Shown here: positions 60,552 to 64,000 of the stretch, piece by piece
Layout of the letters: every line of letters begins with the position of its first letter
How positions within the stretch are numbered: position 1 is the stretch's first letter
DNA from: Nitrosopumilus sp.
GTDB lineage: Archaea; Thermoproteota; Nitrososphaeria; Nitrososphaerales; Nitrosopumilaceae
Length of the DNA stretch: 64,000 nt
Assembly (NCBI GenBank): GCA_965205675.1
Contig: OZ242186.1
Location: 1,632,001 to 1,696,000 of the forward strand
Direction: 5' to 3'
Notes under the pieces: generated by a model
What the model was told of the DNA's origin: nothing
Database searches by the model: none
What the model saw: the letters and a program-made list of their open reading frames with translations, nothing else
Made by a program: the position numbers and the translations under genes

Positions 60552-60766
60552 CAAGGATTCTCAAGATTTCAGGTAATGCAATGATAAGATATTGTACCAA
60601 AAAGAGATTCACCATACTTAGACAGAGAGGGAGTCACGTAAGGCTAAGAAAAGAGAGTATGTTTGTAACTGTTCTAGCTGGAAACAACACACTAAAAACT
60701 GGAACACTTTTGGGATTGTTAGAAGAGATTAACATTAATAGAGATGAGTTCATCCAAATGAAATGA
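60548..60766 (+). CDS. hicA: HicA-family toxin
   Basis: RQRGSHV...LKTGTL. Confidence 0.82.
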   Translation: MTRILKISGNAMIRYCTKKRFTILRQRGSHVRLRKESMFVTVLAGNNTLKTGTLLGLLEEININRDEFIQMK

Positions 60767-60903
60767 AAATAGACTTGTAAAATAATACAATCTAAAAATT
60801 ATGATTATTACATTTTAGAATTTCAATATGAAAATAAAATAATCCACATTCATAAACACATGTACAGAAATAGCAACATTGTAAAAAGATCACATACTTG
60901 GTA

Positions 60904-61836
60904 ATGACAATAACAAAACAACGAAGCATGGTATTATTTGAAGAGTCAATAAAATCACAATATACTAAAAAGAATTACACATCACACATGAATCAATTTA
61001 TGAAATTTCTAAATATCAATAATATGAATCAGTTACTGTTAATTCCAAAGCCAAACTTGCAGAATTCATTAGAAGATTACCTGATAGAATTAAAACAAAA
61101 CATGAATCCAAATACAATACCATCAAAATTTCAAGGAATAAAGCATTTTTGTGTCATGAATCAAATCGATTTGAACTGGAACATAATACATAAAATGTTT
61201 CCACAAAAACAAAAACCTCAAAATTTAAGATCCTACACCACGCAAGAAGTTGGAGAAATATTATCCAATACAACAAGTCTTAGAAACAAGGCTTTGATTC
61301 ATTTTTTGGCATCAACTGGAGCCAGAATAGGAGTATTTGATCATAAATTATCAATGAATCATATTAAAAAAATGCCTCATGGCTGTAATGCAGTAAAACT
61401 CTATGCAGGGCATGTAGAGGAATATTGGAGTTTTCTTACCCCTCAGGCCTCAAAGGCATTGAATGCTTATCACCAATATCGCAAACAATGCGGTGAAATA
61501 TTTTCTGAAAATGCTCCAGTCTTTGCTACAATGAAAACAGACTGTGGGCAACTTGGATGGAGTGGGGCAAGATCAACGATATACAGAATACTCTCAAAGA
61601 GCGACGTCAAGAGAAACAAGATTGAATATAGATATGATGTGCAGACAGACCACGGATTTAGAAAGAGATTCAACACCATACTCAAGATTAACAATTCTGT
61701 AAACTATAACATTGCAGAAAAGCTGATGGGTCACAAGAACGGCCTTGATGGAGTATATCTGACACCCACTCTAGATGAACTGTTTGTAGAATTTAAAAAA
61801 ATTATAAAGAAACTGGAGACAAGTCCAGAGAAATAA
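60904..61836 (+). CDS. Tyrosine recombinase/integrase
   Basis: STGARIG (R), HGFRKRF, LMGH and GVY catalytic residues. Confidence 0.92.
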   Translation: MTITKQRSMVLFEESIKSQYTKKNYTSHMNQFMKFLNINNMNQLLLIPKPNLQNSLEDYLIELKQNMNPNTIPSKFQGIKHFCVMNQIDLNWNIIHKMFPQKQKPQNLRSYTTQEVGEILSNTTSLRNKALIHFLASTGARIGVFDHKLSMNHIKKMPHGCNAVKLYAGHVEEYWSFLTPQASKALNAYHQYRKQCGEIFSENAPVFATMKTDCGQLGWSGARSTIYRILSKSDVKRNKIEYRYDVQTDHGFRKRFNTILKINNSVNYNIAEKLMGHKNGLDGVYLTPTLDELFVEFKKIIKKLETSPEK

Positions 61837-61997
61837 CAGAGATAATGACTAGTTAGATTATGATTATTTTTCAACTAGAAAATTTTAATTTAGTTGATAT
61901 CAGAAAATAATAAAACATCTATCAATGTCACTTGCAATATTCAATGTTAGAATACAATAATTTACAACATGTTGAGAATATACGGAGATGAGTTTAG

Positions 61998-62237
61998 ATG
62001 GAAAATGTTGGAAACCCACTAGCTCTTTTTTCCACGCATGAAAAATATCCAATCCCACGCATGGGAAAAGAGTTCAATCCGTCTAAAACACACATTCAAC
62101 GTTTTCCAATGAGTAGAGCAGGTGTTGGAATGACTTTATCTGATTCTGTCAATCATATACAAGCCAACGTTTTACAACGCATGGAATTAATTCATGATCC
62201 AAGATGTTCCAACAAAAAGCTAATCATAGCCAACTGA
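61998..62237 (+). CDS. Hypothetical protein (dubious)
   Basis: 79 aa ATG-initiated ORF with GGAGA upstream; no motif. Confidence 0.3.
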   Translation: MENVGNPLALFSTHEKYPIPRMGKEFNPSKTHIQRFPMSRAGVGMTLSDSVNHIQANVLQRMELIHDPRCSNKKLIIAN

Positions 62238-62471
62238 AAGAAAATTATACTCGCTAACCAATTGAAACAATTCAGCTATAAAGTACAAACAGTTGCAATG
62301 TGTTCTTGATTAATTATGTCATTTTATTTTTAAATCTGAATCCAAAAACGATCAACAAAAACCTTCATTGTACTTTATAATCAATTTGTACAATATAGCA
62401 CAAGTATGACCTGCAATATTGTTTAAAATCATCATTACGCAATCAATAAATTATACTAGTTATACTATCTA

Positions 62472-63569
62472 TACTTCCTAACATAAGTTCGTCAACCATC
62501 CTCTCGTTGCATATACTTGAGAATGTCTAAATTGAATCGTCTGGTTCTGTAATATTTGGAGATGTTATTTTTCAGATTACTTAGAGATGGTTGATACTGT
62601 GACACCAACAAATTGTATTTTCCTTGCTTCCATACTTCCTCAACTGCATTGAACTGTGGTGAGCCTTTTGGAAACCAATTCAATAGAACATCATCTGCAT
62701 TCTCATCAAGATATTTTTGTACTAGTTTTGATCTGTGTTGTGGTGCTCGGTCTACATAGACTAGAATCTTGCCAAACTTTCTGTGCAATTCCTTTAGATA
62801 ATCCAAAAAACAGTACTGATCAAATTTTTCATATTGTCTGAATAATTGCCTGCCGTCATGAGTCAGTGCACCAAAAATGATTGTTTTTTGATGTGACCCG
62901 TTTACTAGAATAATTGGACGGGTTCCTTTCTTTACCCACATCTTTTTTCTAAATATCGCATCAGCAGTAAAGATGGACTCATCTTGTGCAAGAACTGTAA
63001 AGCCTTTTGCTATTTTTGAGGCTATTTGTTCTTTGGAGTTTTTTTAAACCAGAGTTTTTCCTCAACACTAGCTGAATTTACAAATCTCTTTGCTGCAACC
63101 TTTGGAACAAATCCCCATTTGTGTAATAATCTGTACACATGAACCTCATGATATTTTACACCTGATTTTTGATAAATCAGATTCATCACTTGCTTTGCAC
63201 TCCAGCCGGATTGTTTTTCTGCAATTTGTAGTTGAATGCTGACTAGTTTCTTTTTTGGTATACTAGTTGGTCTGCCAGTTCTAGGCAAGTCTTGCAGTCC
63301 TGCAATTCCATATTCTGCAAATCTATCTAACCATTTGTATGCCCATGAACGTACACGTCCAAGATTCTTTGCAACATGTGATGCAATTTGGTTCTCAAGT
63401 AATACTCGCTTTATCAAAAATAGCCTTTCTTTTACCTTGACGTTCTTTTCATCTTTGTATGCTTGAATTAATTTTTGATTATTCATGGTTTGATGTGTAA
63501 TGTTTTGATCAATATGGCATTTGGTAAAATAAATCAGATCAACAGATCATAAAATTTTGTTAGAGAGTA
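62472..63569 (-). mobile_element. IS630-family insertion sequence
   Basis: Imperfect TIRs TACTTCCTAACATAAGTT / revcomp TACTCTCTAACAAAATTT; flanking TA duplication. Confidence 0.88.
62492..63486 (-). CDS. IS630 transposase in two frames, probably joined by a -1 frameshift
   Basis: DLPRTGRP HTH; QDES, DRAPQH, NAVEEVW; slippery TTTAAAAAAAC near 63038-63048. Confidence 0.85.
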
Positions 63570-63763
63570 TAATGTAACATGCAATCAAAAAATTCTATTA
63601 TAATTTCTAATAATGTCTACCAGTTTTTATCAACAATACAAGTTAATTTTTTTGTAACTAGCAGAAGTTGTTTTGTATAAAAAGGTATGTTTCATTTTGG
63701 ATCAAAATCTGAAAAAAATTATTTTTGTAAAAGACTTAATAGGATAACGTCAAAAAAACGATC

Positions 63764-64000
63764 ATGTCATTGAATGTAGGAGATACAGCTCCAGATTTTG
63801 AACTTCCAGATACTGAATTAAAGTTGAGGACTTTGGATGAATTCAAAGGCGGAAAAATAGTTATATCATTTATCGTGGCAGCAAGTTCTCCAGTTTGTGA
63901 AGTAGAACTTTGTACATTTAGAGACTCTTGGAAAGAAATTTCAGATACAGGTGCTAAAGTCATTGCAATTAGTAATGATGGTCCATTTGCAAACAAAGCA
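63764..64000 (+). CDS. Peroxiredoxin (AhpC/TSA, Bcp-like), 5' part; runs off the window
   Basis: MSLNVGDTAPDFELPD...SSPVCEVELCTFRD...VIAISND. Confidence 0.88.
   Translation, partial: MSLNVGDTAPDFELPDTELKLRTLDEFKGGKIVISFIVAASSPVCEVELCTFRDSWKEISDTGAKVIAISNDGPFANKA

Larger units (their letters stand above)
49089..61836. mobile_element. Defence genomic island bounded by two tyrosine recombinases (limits approximate)
   Basis: Integrases at both ends enclosing IS66, type I R-M and two TA pairs; lies between nuoA and a peroxiredoxin gene; no att repeats found. Confidence 0.65.

Noticed and set aside
49088-63621. AATGTCTACC 10-bp repeat as the island att sites
   Set aside because: Too short to be significant in AT-rich DNA, and one copy is simply the integrase start
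581-63996. Numerous antisense or overlapping ORFs in the track (e.g. 581-982, 16291-16836, 18772-19233, 20886-21365, 63736-63996)
   Set aside because: Shadow frames of well-supported genes, with no motifs of their own

Overview
AT-rich archaeal chromosome segment. Gene content and protein sequences indicate an ammonia-oxidising Nitrosopumilus-like archaeon (Nitrososphaerota). The backbone is conserved: ribosomal-protein clusters, secE/spt5, pckA, sod, ftsY, argF, secY-adk-cmk-cbf5, four tRNAs and an 11-gene nuo operon. It is heavily invaded by IS elements (3x IS630, IS5 plus 2 fragments, ISH3, 2x IS110/IS1111, IS66). Two loci stand out. (1) At 32755-36729 there is a three-level nest, ISH3 > IS110-A > IS110-B. 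Each IS110 has a downstream non-coding two-loop RNA whose variable guide segments match its own reconstructed target site and its own ends, as expected of bridge/seek RNAs. A targets the ISH3 transposase gene and B targets the end of A. (2) At about 49-62 kb there is a defence island bounded by two tyrosine recombinases. It holds a type I R-M locus, hsdS'-hsdR-hsdM-inverted hsdS, with nested inverted repeats (about 853 bp and a perfect 56 bp) that end at a shared TTGA(T/C)GCA core, which is the architecture of a phase-variable hsdS shufflon. Smaller oddities are a DUF4377-Kunitz protein, a 56-bp duplication that creates a mini-ORF inside the nuo operon, and a possible leader ORF/CTG start for pckA. 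All calls come from reading the sequence by eye; no database searches were run.
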